Shown in pieces: positions 31,221 to 40,208 of a DNA stretch of 64,000 bases. The DNA comes from Myxococcota bacterium. Its GTDB lineage: Bacteria > Myxococcota > JACRCW01. The stretch's first letter is position 1; the number at the start of each line of letters is the position of its first letter. The DNA is taken from NCBI GenBank assembly GCA_040752415.1, contig JBFMGU010000002.1, forward strand, positions 1 to 64,000, in the 5' to 3' direction. The position numbers and the translations under genes are program-made. The notes beneath the pieces were generated by a model that was not told the DNA's origin, made no database searches, and worked only from the letters and a program-made list of their open reading frames with translations.

Positions 31221-31928
31221 TCATTCCCTGTGTCCGGGTGGCAGCGCCAGGTGACCACGCTCGCGCATCATCTTGCGTTCCTTCTTGCGTCGTCGGTGCG
31301 CGTCGCCGGCGCTCTCCCCGGGAAGCCGCGTCTCGATCTCCACGCTGCCCATCACGGTGACGCCGGTGATGAGCAGGTAGGGTGCCTCCGGGTCGCGCAC
31401 CACGGGGAAGCGCGCGCAGTGCTCGAAGTCGCCCATCACCGCCGTACCTTGTGCTTCCACGGCGAGGCCAGGCGGGACGATCACCTCCGCGCTCCCCATC
31501 ACCGAGACAATGCGCAGCTCCGTGACGCCGGGACCAAACAGCGCCTCACGGAAATCCAGCTCACCGGAGCCCATCACGCAGACCACGTTGACCTTGCGCG
31601 CCACGCGCCAGCGTCCCCGACGCGCCACGCTGCCCATCACCGCCACCGCGGCGTCCTTCTGGCGCACGTCGCCAAGGGGGACCAGGGCCTGCGTGGTGGC
31701 GCTGGGCGCGGGAGCGGTGGGCGACGACGACGGCGTGGGCACCGCGGGCAGATCCCGGCACAGGTCCTCCAGCGCCTGCACCGTGTCCGCGGCGTGCGCC
31801 ACCGTCAGCCTGCGCTCGAACTCGTCGACGTCAATGACGTCATGGGCGAAGTGATGGCTCAGCGTGGCAATGGTGCGTTCCCGTGCGTCGCGCAAGGCCA
31901 CCAGCGTTCCCTTGTTGGCTTCACTCAC
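31221..31928 (-). CDS. DUF1707 (SHOCT-like) plus LiaF-like C-terminal domain protein
   Basis: RERTIATLSHHFAHDVIDVDEFERRL..L..DLP; VMGS..R.GRW..VMGSGELDFREA; GTG start with GGAGG upstream. Confidence 0.82.
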   Translation of the reverse strand: MSEANKGTLVALRDARERTIATLSHHFAHDVIDVDEFERRLTVAHAADTVQALEDLCRDLPAVPTPSSSPTAPAPSATTQALVPLGDVRQKDAAVAVMGSVARRGRWRVARKVNVVCVMGSGELDFREALFGPGVTELRIVSVMGSAEVIVPPGLAVEAQGTAVMGDFEHCARFPVVRDPEAPYLLITGVTVMGSVEIETRLPGESAGDAHRRRKKERKMMRERGHLALPPGHRE

Positions 31929-32050
31929 GTCGTTCCTCCAGACCCGGGCGGTCAATGTGGCAGGTGCCGCGGGGTGTTGTCCAAGACGGCGTGGCCTCGA
32001 GAATCCGTTAGAACCCGGTGTCAAACCGGGAGGCAGCCTTGAGCTCACGC

Positions 32051-32506
32051 ATGTCCTCGAGGGTGGCAGCGCACACCGCGCCCGACGTCAACAAGGACCT
32101 GGCGCGCCTGACGGAGATCAGCGTGGCGGACCACTTTGCCGCGGGCGCGGACGCCGTGAATCTCCGACTGGAAGAGCTGGACCGCGAGTGGGACCTGGAC
32201 CAGGCCATGGCCTCCGTGTCCGCGCTCATGGTGGCGCTGGGCGGCGTGCTCGGGCTGACGGTGAGCCGTCGTTTCCTGGGCATCCCCTTCGTGGTGGCGG
32301 GCGCGTTGTTCCAGCACGCGGTGGAGGGATGGTCGCCGGTGTTGCCGGTGTTGCGGCGCCTGGGTTTCCGCACGCGCCAGGAGATCGACGAGGAACGCTA
32401 TGCGCTCAAGGCAGTGCGCGGCGACTTCAAGGACCTCCCGCAACCGGCCAACCCGGGCAGCGTGCGCGACCTGGGCATCATCCTGCACCGCTGGCGCATC
32501 AATTGA
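32051..32506 (+). CDS. DUF2892/YgaP-like membrane protein
   Basis: RLEELDREWD..two hydrophobic segments..QHAVEGWSP..RRLGFRT..EIDEERYALK. Confidence 0.75.
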   Translation: MSSRVAAHTAPDVNKDLARLTEISVADHFAAGADAVNLRLEELDREWDLDQAMASVSALMVALGGVLGLTVSRRFLGIPFVVAGALFQHAVEGWSPVLPVLRRLGFRTRQEIDEERYALKAVRGDFKDLPQPANPGSVRDLGIILHRWRIN

Positions 32507-35063
32507 TGGCGTGCGGGTCCATCTCGCCGGGCGGCACGTCGGGGACGTCGTCGGGGGAGACGCCGGTGAGGCCGTAATCCCGGATGACGCCCTCCTTGAG
32601 CTCGCGGCACTGGGCCTTGGTGGGCGTGCGGCCGGAGAGCAGCGCCTCCGCGTACACCGCGCGGTATTCCTCGACGAGGATGTCCTTCGGTGAGCGGTAG
32701 TGGTCCTCGGAGGCGTTGGCCACGTGGTTGACCTCGTGCACCAGCGTCTGCGCCAGGCGTTGCGGCGTGAGATTCTCCGCCACGTAGATGCGGTCGTCCC
32801 ACATGTACCCGTCAATGGAGCCGCGGATGGCGCGCATGGCGCCGGAGTTCTTGTCGTGCAGCGTCTGGTAGTCGCCCGCCTTGAGGGGAATGCCGTCCTT
32901 GGCAAACTCCTTGCGCAGCTTGATGAAGTCCTCGCGCGTGAGGTCGGAGAGCGTGTCCAGCTTCACCTTGCCGGTGGCAATGGCCTCGAACGTGGCGCGT
33001 CCCACCTCGGACTTGCTCTCCTTGAGGATGTCCAGCGCCTTCTGCACGTAGGTGCGGAAGGACAGGCTGGAGCTCTTGGGATTGACCTCGAGGAACGGGT
33101 ACTGCATCCCGCGCTCGTACACGCGCACGGACTTCTCCGACGCTTCCGCGTGACTGTCGGCGCCCACCGCGCTTTCCACCAGCGGCCAGGTCAGTGACTC
33201 CGGGAAGCCGAAGCGCTTGGCGAAGTTCTTCATCAGACTGTCTGCCACGTCGGAGAACTCCACGTGGAAGTACACGTAGCTGCCCACCATGGCGAGCGCG
33301 CGCATGCGCTGGTCGTACGCGGACTCGTTGGGGCGGACCTCCTTCATGGTCTGCTGGGCGAGCGCGAAGGTCACCATCATGGCCACGGCGTCGGCGTCCT
33401 GGTTGGCGTAGGCGGCATTCACCTTCACGCGCCACACCGGCTCACCGTTGCCGTTGCTCTTCTCCACGCGCACGATCTCGTCGGGCTTGTCGGAGTTGAA
33501 CCAGCCGTCGGGCACAAAGCGGTCCGCGCGACGGTTCTCCCGGGGGCCACCCGACTCCTCGGCCCAGTAGAAGTACTCGGTGTTGAACCAGCTCACCGCG
33601 TCGGCCACCTTGCGCCCATCCAGCGTCGACGCATCCGCCACGCGCTTGCCGGGCTGGAAGCTGATGCTGTTGCCCGCGCCGCTGCGGACGTCCGGGTTGA
33701 ACAGGAGATCACGACGAGGACCGCTCACCTCGGTGCGTCCGTCGCCATCCAGGTCCACGTGGTGCAGTTGGATGGGGTCGTGCGGGAAGATGTAGTTGTT
33801 CTTCTCCCAGAGGTCTTCCTTCTCCGCGTTCTTCTCCATCTGCGCGTAGCTGGCGCGCGTGGCAATCCCGTCGAAGATCTTGTGGATCACGATGCGGTCG
33901 TCGTGGCCGTAGGTGCCGTGGTTGCTCACCAGCAGGTGCGAGCTGGGCAACTCACGACGGAGCGCCGGCAGGTTCTGCTTGGTGCGACAGGCGAAGAACG
34001 CCACCAGCTTCTCGCCCGCCTCCCGCGGCGCGTGCGCCGCCGAGAGTTTCCCCACGGCGCCCAGCTGCGAGTGCCCGGTGTACATGACCATGTGCACGTC
34101 GGGGTTGTTCATCTCCTGGAGCACTTCCGCATCGGACTGGTTCAGCTCCACGCGCGCGGTGACCGGAGGATTCTTCCCCGTGGGATCGACGAGAAGCTTG
34201 GTGGCCACGGCCTTCGTCTCGGAGAGCATCGTCACCTCGAAGCCCTCCTTGCGGTACGTGCTCAGCTCGGCCTTCCAGAACTCATCCTGCACGTACTGGC
34301 GCACGTTGAACTGCGGCTTGTCCGTGCCGGCGAACCACCTCTCGTACGGCGGCGCGGGAGGACACAGGCGTGCCAGCAGCTCCTTGCGCAGCGTGGCCTG
34401 CTCCGTCGTGAGACGGCCCGCGGGCAGCGCATCCAGTCCGGCCAGCATGGTGCGGCGCAGCCCGCTGTTGCGCTCCGCCTTCGCGGCGGCGAGCAGCCCG
34501 TCCACGACGGAGGAAAGCTGCTTTCCCTCCTTGGCGCCGTCCATGGCCTGGGCCAGCTGCGTGAGCATGGCGTAGGCCGCCGCGCGCGCCTGCACACCGG
34601 ATGACGACGCACGCGCGGAAGCATCCCGGTCATGCATGAGGAACGGCAGCAGGTGGTCCGCCAGTTGTCGACGAGCGGTGGCGCTCATGGCCGAGAAGGG
34701 GTTGTGGTCCAGCTGACCCAGCTGCGCCGCCGCCTGGTAGAGCGTGGCCGCCGCGCCGCCGGTGACGCCGCCCTGACGCGCCGTGGAACGCCCGCCCACG
34801 ACGAGACCGGTGCCGTCGAACTCGACGCCCGCCGCCAGGGGCTTGAGCGCCCGCAGGTTCACACCGCCGGTGCGGGAGACGCGGGTGGTGGTCGAGGTGG
34901 CGTCGGTGCCGGTGGCGCGTACGCGGGTGTTCTCGACGCTGTCCGTCGTCACCCCGCTGCTGCGACGTTGGGGAGCGGGTGCTTCCACCGTCGTGGTGGG
35001 GGCGGTGGTCGACGGCGTGGTGACGGGATGGGTGTTGCTGCGGGGTCGGACGGTGACAGGCAT
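32499..35063 (-). CDS. Hypothetical 854-aa protein with putative caspase/CHAT-fold His-Cys region and C-terminal HExxH
   Basis: Long ORF; Thr/Pro-rich N-terminus without signal peptide; VMYTGHSQLG...LVAFFACRT; LVHEVNH...EEYRA. Confidence 0.65.
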   Translation of the reverse strand: MPVTVRPRSNTHPVTTPSTTAPTTTVEAPAPQRRSSGVTTDSVENTRVRATGTDATSTTTRVSRTGGVNLRALKPLAAGVEFDGTGLVVGGRSTARQGGVTGGAAATLYQAAAQLGQLDHNPFSAMSATARRQLADHLLPFLMHDRDASARASSSGVQARAAAYAMLTQLAQAMDGAKEGKQLSSVVDGLLAAAKAERNSGLRRTMLAGLDALPAGRLTTEQATLRKELLARLCPPAPPYERWFAGTDKPQFNVRQYVQDEFWKAELSTYRKEGFEVTMLSETKAVATKLLVDPTGKNPPVTARVELNQSDAEVLQEMNNPDVHMVMYTGHSQLGAVGKLSAAHAPREAGEKLVAFFACRTKQNLPALRRELPSSHLLVSNHGTYGHDDRIVIHKIFDGIATRASYAQMEKNAEKEDLWEKNNYIFPHDPIQLHHVDLDGDGRTEVSGPRRDLLFNPDVRSGAGNSISFQPGKRVADASTLDGRKVADAVSWFNTEYFYWAEESGGPRENRRADRFVPDGWFNSDKPDEIVRVEKSNGNGEPVWRVKVNAAYANQDADAVAMMVTFALAQQTMKEVRPNESAYDQRMRALAMVGSYVYFHVEFSDVADSLMKNFAKRFGFPESLTWPLVESAVGADSHAEASEKSVRVYERGMQYPFLEVNPKSSSLSFRTYVQKALDILKESKSEVGRATFEAIATGKVKLDTLSDLTREDFIKLRKEFAKDGIPLKAGDYQTLHDKNSGAMRAIRGSIDGYMWDDRIYVAENLTPQRLAQTLVHEVNHVANASEDHYRSPKDILVEEYRAVYAEALLSGRTPTKAQCRELKEGVIRDYGLTGVSPDDVPDVPPGEMDPHAIN

Positions 35064-35150
35064 GCGCAGGGTCCCCTCGGAACGGACCGCGCATGTTGTG
35101 ATCGGGAACGCGTGATTTCAAGTCGCCGGGCGGGCGTTTTCCGTGCAAAC

Positions 35151-36524
35151 ATGGGTCGGCGGATGCGTTGGGTTGTCCTCACCACGAGCCTGCTGTTGCT
35201 CCTCCTCGGTGCCCTGGCGGTGCGCGCCGGCGTGGAGCGGGACCCGTGGATCGACGAGCTGGCCCGCGTGTACCAGGCGCAACCGGTGCAGGAACGGACG
35301 CTGCCCAATGGCATGCGCGTGCTGGTGCTGCCGCGCGGGACCACGCCGTGGTGCGCGGTGGCGACGGTGCTCCCCGGTGGCGCGCGCGAGGACCCCGCGG
35401 GTCTGGGCGGACTGGCGCACCTGGCGGAGCACCTGATGTTCGAGTCGGAGGCGGGCTCGGACAAGAAGAACACCGACGTCATGGCGGAGAGCCTGGGCAT
35501 GCGCTCCAACGCGTTCACCCTGGCGGACTACACCGTGCTCATCGAGGAGTTCTCGCCCGCGGTGTTGGAGCGCGCGCTGGGCATCCACCTGCTGCGCCTG
35601 CAGGCCGCGACGTTCGAGGAGTACCACCTGGTGCGCGAGAAGAAGGTGGTTGCCGACGAGCGCCGCTTCCGCGTCAGTGAGCCGCCGTTGGGACGCGCGG
35701 AGGAGATGCTGCTCGCGCTGGTGTGGCAGGGCCATCCCTACGGGCGACCGGTGCTGGGCGCGCCCGTGGAAGTGGGAGCCATTCGCTCCGACGACATCCG
35801 ACGCTGGATGCGCAACCGGGTGCGCCCCGAGCGCGCGGTGATGGCGTTGGTGGGACGTGTGGATCCCACGCGCGCGTTGCAGACGGCGGAGCGCGTGCTG
35901 GGAGCGTGGGCCCGCGGTGCGGCCGACAATGGCATGGCACCGCCAGAGCCTCCCGCCCATCCTCCGACGACGACGCGGGATGCCACGATGGACTCTTCGG
36001 TGGATGCGGTGATGTGGGCCGCCGCGGCCGCGCCGCTGGGTTCCGTCGACGAGAGCGCGGACCGCATGCTCTCCCGTCTGCTCGAAGGGGACCCGTATTA
36101 TCGGCTCGCCAATCCGCCCGAGGACATGCCTGGTATCGAAGTGCAGGCGGAATATCGCGCGGCGTTGCACCACGGTGAGATGGTGGCAACGGTGACGCCG
36201 CACGGTGATGTCGACGTCGTTACCGCTGCGAGAGCGCTGCAATCGGCGCTCACGTTGTTTGCAGAACAGGGCGCGGCGACGGAGTCCGTGGTGGCGGCGC
36301 GCACGCGAGTGGCGGCGGACCATCAACGGGAGCTGGAGATCCACGCGTCGCTCGCCGAGCGGTTGGCGGTGGATCGCGCGTTGCTGGGGCGCTGGCAGGT
36401 GGAAGCGGACCGGTTGCGCGCCTTGGCGGGTCTGGGGCCGCAGGATGTCCGTCGACGGGCGGCGGCGTTGAAGGCCTCGCCTTGGCAGGCGCTGGTGCGT
36501 GCACGCGCTCCGGAGGCTCGGTGA
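35151..36524 (+). CDS. M16 (pitrilysin-family) zinc peptidase, active subunit
   Basis: TLPNGMRV; GLAHLAEHLMF (HxxEH); NAFT; HPYGRPVLG; N-terminal hydrophobic segment. Confidence 0.9.
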   Translation: MGRRMRWVVLTTSLLLLLLGALAVRAGVERDPWIDELARVYQAQPVQERTLPNGMRVLVLPRGTTPWCAVATVLPGGAREDPAGLGGLAHLAEHLMFESEAGSDKKNTDVMAESLGMRSNAFTLADYTVLIEEFSPAVLERALGIHLLRLQAATFEEYHLVREKKVVADERRFRVSEPPLGRAEEMLLALVWQGHPYGRPVLGAPVEVGAIRSDDIRRWMRNRVRPERAVMALVGRVDPTRALQTAERVLGAWARGAADNGMAPPEPPAHPPTTTRDATMDSSVDAVMWAAAAAPLGSVDESADRMLSRLLEGDPYYRLANPPEDMPGIEVQAEYRAALHHGEMVATVTPHGDVDVVTAARALQSALTLFAEQGAATESVVAARTRVAADHQRELEIHASLAERLAVDRALLGRWQVEADRLRALAGLGPQDVRRRAAALKASPWQALVRARAPEAR

Positions 36525-37966
36525 GACGCGTCGTCATCACGGCGGCGTGGTGCGCACTGGTGGCGTGCCGGCAGGGCCCGGTCACACCCGCTCCCACGAC
36601 GGAAACCGAGACCCCGCCCGAGGAGATGCGCCATCCGGGCCCACCTTTCCAGCACGCCACCACGCCCGCGGGAATGGCGGTGGCATTCCACGACGAGCCG
36701 CAGAGCGGTCGCATGGCGCTGAGCCTGGTGTTGCCCGCCGGCACGCTGCATGAGCCACCCGACGCCGCCGGTGCCATGTCGCTCCTGGTCAACACGCTGC
36801 GACGCGCCGGGATGCGTGGCCTGGGGCAGGGACCGAACCTGATGGGGCATGAGCTCTCGTCGGTGGTGGAGTCCTCCGGCCTGGAGATGACGGTGGACGC
36901 GGACCTGCAGCACCTGCTGATCCAGGCCAATGGCCCGGCGCGCCATGCCGCCCTGGCGACGACGCTGGTGTGCGGTCTGGCCTTCGCTCCGCTGATTCCA
37001 CCCGAGCTCATCGACGTGGCACGCGAGGAAGCGTTGGATGCCGCCGACGAGCGAGCCCAGGGCTCCAGCCAGCTTGCCGACGAGGTCCTGCGCGCCGCGT
37101 TGTTCTCCGGTCACGCGCTGGCGCGTCCCGCGTTGCCACACCCCAGCGCCGTGGAGACCCTGGACACCCACGCCATCATCTCCATGCACACGCGCGCCGC
37201 CCGACCCGCGCAGAGCCTGCTGCTGGCCGCTGGTGGCGACGGAAACGAGATCCTCAAGGCCGCCAACACATGTCGCGCCTGGCAGCCGTCCCTGAGCGTG
37301 GAGGACATCCCGTCGCCACCGCCGCGCTTGTCGACGGGAAGAACACGACGCATCCACGTCCACGCCACCCAGAACCACAGCGCGTTCATCAAGCTGGGAG
37401 GACGCGCGCCGCCGCCGGCCACGCCCGAAGCCGCCGCACTCAGCGTGTTGATCGAGACGGTGGCCAACGGATTCTCGTCGTCACTGGTGCGCCAGCTGCG
37501 CGCGGAGCGCGGTCAGGTGTACGGCGTGGAGGGTGCGGTGTCCGGCGTCCGGCAGGCCGGGTGGTGGTCGGTGTCGACGAGCACGTCGGCGGGGCACGCG
37601 GTGGAAGTGGCGGAGGTCATGCAACGCACGCTGGCCGAGCTGCACGAGCGCGGAATGACGTCGGAGGCGTGGCGCGGCGCGGCGCGGGCCATGGCGCTGG
37701 GATTTGCGTACGGACGCGAGGCCGTCACCGAGCTGCTGGCGGTGGAGATCGACGGGTGGATCCTCGGGCGCATGCCGGGGGAGACCTGGAGGACGCCGGC
37801 GTGGTTGTGGAACCTCGACGCGGAATGGGCGTGGCGCGTGGTGAAGCCGTACCTGGACCCGGGGCAGATGGTGCTGGTGGTGGTTCTCCCACGGACCGGA
37901 GTGCAGGGAGCGCCGCCCGACGTCGTGATCGACGCTGAGACGTGGCCGGTCGAGATTCAGCCGTGA
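36521..37966 (+). CDS. M16 peptidase partner subunit lacking HxxEH, lipoprotein
   Basis: GTG start overlapping upstream stop; LVAC lipobox; GFSSSLVRQLRAERGQVYGV matches the M16 C-domain R/Y motif. Confidence 0.8.
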   Translation: MRRVVITAAWCALVACRQGPVTPAPTTETETPPEEMRHPGPPFQHATTPAGMAVAFHDEPQSGRMALSLVLPAGTLHEPPDAAGAMSLLVNTLRRAGMRGLGQGPNLMGHELSSVVESSGLEMTVDADLQHLLIQANGPARHAALATTLVCGLAFAPLIPPELIDVAREEALDAADERAQGSSQLADEVLRAALFSGHALARPALPHPSAVETLDTHAIISMHTRAARPAQSLLLAAGGDGNEILKAANTCRAWQPSLSVEDIPSPPPRLSTGRTRRIHVHATQNHSAFIKLGGRAPPPATPEAAALSVLIETVANGFSSSLVRQLRAERGQVYGVEGAVSGVRQAGWWSVSTSTSAGHAVEVAEVMQRTLAELHERGMTSEAWRGAARAMALGFAYGREAVTELLAVEIDGWILGRMPGETWRTPAWLWNLDAEWAWRVVKPYLDPGQMVLVVVLPRTGVQGAPPDVVIDAETWPVEIQP

Positions 37967-37995
37967 CCGGTTTCGGCGTGCCCCGCGTGCGTCGG

Positions 37996-38013
37996 TGATG
38001 TATACGTACATCA
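37996..38013. promoter_or_regulatory. Inverted repeat TGATGTA-N4-TACATCA, likely vapBC operator
   Basis: Perfect 7-bp arms ending on the A of the antitoxin ATG; AT-rich relative to surroundings. Confidence 0.6.
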
Positions 38014-38273
38014 TGAGACGGACCCAGATATATCTGAGTGAGGAGGAGTCTCTGGCCCTTGACCGGGCTGCGCGCGCGTCCGGCCTGAACAGGTCGCAGC
38101 TCATCCGACAGGCGATTGACCAGGTCTACGTGGCGCAGAACTCCTCTCGCCTCGTTGCGGCGCTGACGGGAGCGGCGGGAGCTTGGAAAGGCCCGCGCGA
38201 GAGTGGAGAGGAGCACGTCGAGGCGATGAGGTCCCGGCGGATGGCCCGGCTTCATCGGGGGCGCCGAAGGTGA
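38013..38273 (+). CDS. vapB: Ribbon-helix-helix (CopG-like) antitoxin
   Basis: MRRTQIYLSEEE..LDRAA..SQLIRQAID; overlaps PIN toxin gene. Confidence 0.85.
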   Translation: MRRTQIYLSEEESLALDRAARASGLNRSQLIRQAIDQVYVAQNSSRLVAALTGAAGAWKGPRESGEEHVEAMRSRRMARLHRGRRR

Positions 38274-38650
38274 GACGGCTGCTGGATACATCCGTGCTGA
38301 TTGATCACCTTCGCGGGGTGGAGCGCGCCGTTGAATTGCTGACGACCTTTGCGGCGGCCGGCGATGAGCTGTGGAGCGTGACGCCAGTGCGCACGGAGGT
38401 GCTGGCCGGAATGCGTCGCGGAGAGGAGAAGAAGACCATGCTGCTACTGAACGCGCTGGCTTGGCAGGTGGTCACCGAGGAAGTCGCGGACCGTGCGGGT
38501 GTGCTCGCCCGGCGGTTTCTTCGCTCCCACCCTGGTGTGGATACGGTGGACTACATCATCGCCGCGGCAGCTTTGGAGCTGGGCGCACAGCTCGTGACCC
38601 TCAACCTCAAGCACTTCCCCATGTTCTCGGACCTGCGGCGGCCCTACTGA
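38270..38650 (+). CDS. vapC: PIN-domain toxin
   Basis: LLDTSVLIDHLRG, E, DYIIAAAA, LVTLNLKHF; GTGA overlap with antitoxin. Confidence 0.92.
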   Translation: MRRLLDTSVLIDHLRGVERAVELLTTFAAAGDELWSVTPVRTEVLAGMRRGEEKKTMLLLNALAWQVVTEEVADRAGVLARRFLRSHPGVDTVDYIIAAAALELGAQLVTLNLKHFPMFSDLRRPY

Positions 38651-38656
38651 GCTGAG

Positions 38657-40081
38657 TCAGGGGAAGATCTTCCCCGGGTTGAGGATGCCCGCAGGATCGA
38701 ACACCTGCTTGAGTCGTTTCTGCAGGTCGATGACCGGCGGCTCCTGCTCGATGGGAAGCAGCGAGCGCTTCAGCAGACCCACGCCATGCTCCGCGGTGAT
38801 GCAGCCGCCCAGCTCCACCGCCGTCACCGCGATGTCGCGCAAGCAAGCTTCCACCGCGGGCATCTGCGTGGCGGGATCGTCGTAGAGGACCTGCGCGTGC
38901 AGGTTTCCGTCCCCAGCGTGGCCAAAGGAACAGGTCTGCAGGCCGTGCTTCTCGCCCAGCGCGTCCATGCGCGCCACCATCTCCGGCAGGCGGGAACGCG
39001 GCACCACGATGTCCTCACTGCGCTTGTGTTTGCGGATGCGCCTGGTGGCCTGGCTCAGCAGGTGACGGCTCTGCCAGATGGCGTTGCGCTGCGCCGCATC
39101 CTGCGCCACCAGCACGTCCTGCGCGCCGAACTTCTGTCCCACGTCGGCGGCACGGTTGAGCTGCGCAAAGGCCGCTTCGGGCTGATCGGCATCCGTCTCC
39201 ACGATGAGCGCAGCACCGGCGTTGGTGGGGAACTTGTAGGGAGCCAGCGGCCGCAACGCGTCGATGGAGGCGCGGTCCATGTACTCCAGGGTCCGCGGTT
39301 GGATGCCCGCCTGGAGGATGGCCGCCACGGCGCGGGAGGCGCGCGCAGCGTCGGGAAAGATGAACAGCGCGGTCTCCACGGCGCGGGGACGTGGGATGAG
39401 CTTGAGGGTCACTTCCGTGATGATGCCCAGCGTGCCCTCGCTCCCGACGAGAAGCGCGGTGAGGTCGTAACCCGTCACGCCCTTCACGGTGCGCTTGCCC
39501 ACGCGGATGACCTCGCCGCTGCTCAGCACCACCGTCATGCCCAGCACGTAGTCGCGCGTGACGCCGTAGCGCACCGCGCGCGGACCGCCTGCGTTCTCCG
39601 CCACCGTCCCACCCACCGTGCAGCTCTGCCACGACGCGGGGTCCGGCGGATAGAACAGCCCTGCGTCCTCGACGGCATTCTGCAGGTCACCCAGGATCAC
39701 GCCCGGCTCCACCACCGCGACGAGGTCCTCCCCGCTCACCTCCCGGATGCGGTTCATCCGCGTCAACGTCAGCACCACGCCACCCTGCGCCGGCACGCAA
39801 CCGCCGGAACGCCCCGTCCCCGCGCCGCGCGGCGTCACCGGCACGCCCAGTCGCGCGCACAGCGCCACCACGCGGTGCACCTCCTCCGACGTCGACGCAT
39901 GCACCACTGCGTGCGGAAGAATCGGCTGCAGACCGTGGCTCTCGTCGCGACCGAAGGGCGTCAGCGCCTCCGGATCGGTGATGACGTGCGGATCCCCGAC
40001 GATGTCGACGAGCCCGCGACGCAGCTCATCCAGGCAGGACAGCTCCCGCGGCCGGGTCTCAAGGGTCATGGGGGTGGCCAT
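38657..40081 (-). CDS. FAD-linked oxidase, glycolate oxidase GlcD-like
   Basis: PRGAGTGRSGG, YPPDPAS, GYDLTALLVGSEGTLG, GHAGDGNLH, EHGVG, DPAGILNPGK. Confidence 0.9.
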   Translation of the reverse strand: MATPMTLETRPRELSCLDELRRGLVDIVGDPHVITDPEALTPFGRDESHGLQPILPHAVVHASTSEEVHRVVALCARLGVPVTPRGAGTGRSGGCVPAQGGVVLTLTRMNRIREVSGEDLVAVVEPGVILGDLQNAVEDAGLFYPPDPASWQSCTVGGTVAENAGGPRAVRYGVTRDYVLGMTVVLSSGEVIRVGKRTVKGVTGYDLTALLVGSEGTLGIITEVTLKLIPRPRAVETALFIFPDAARASRAVAAILQAGIQPRTLEYMDRASIDALRPLAPYKFPTNAGAALIVETDADQPEAAFAQLNRAADVGQKFGAQDVLVAQDAAQRNAIWQSRHLLSQATRRIRKHKRSEDIVVPRSRLPEMVARMDALGEKHGLQTCSFGHAGDGNLHAQVLYDDPATQMPAVEACLRDIAVTAVELGGCITAEHGVGLLKRSLLPIEQEPPVIDLQKRLKQVFDPAGILNPGKIFP

Positions 40082-40208
40082 GGGTGCTCCTTCTCGTCGT
40101 GGAGAATCATCTTCCCGGTGACGGCGCACCTTTTCAACCCGCCCGCGCGGTTCCCGTTCCCGCCGACGGCTGGGCAGCACGGCGTGGGACGCGGTATGAG
40201 GCGCGCCC

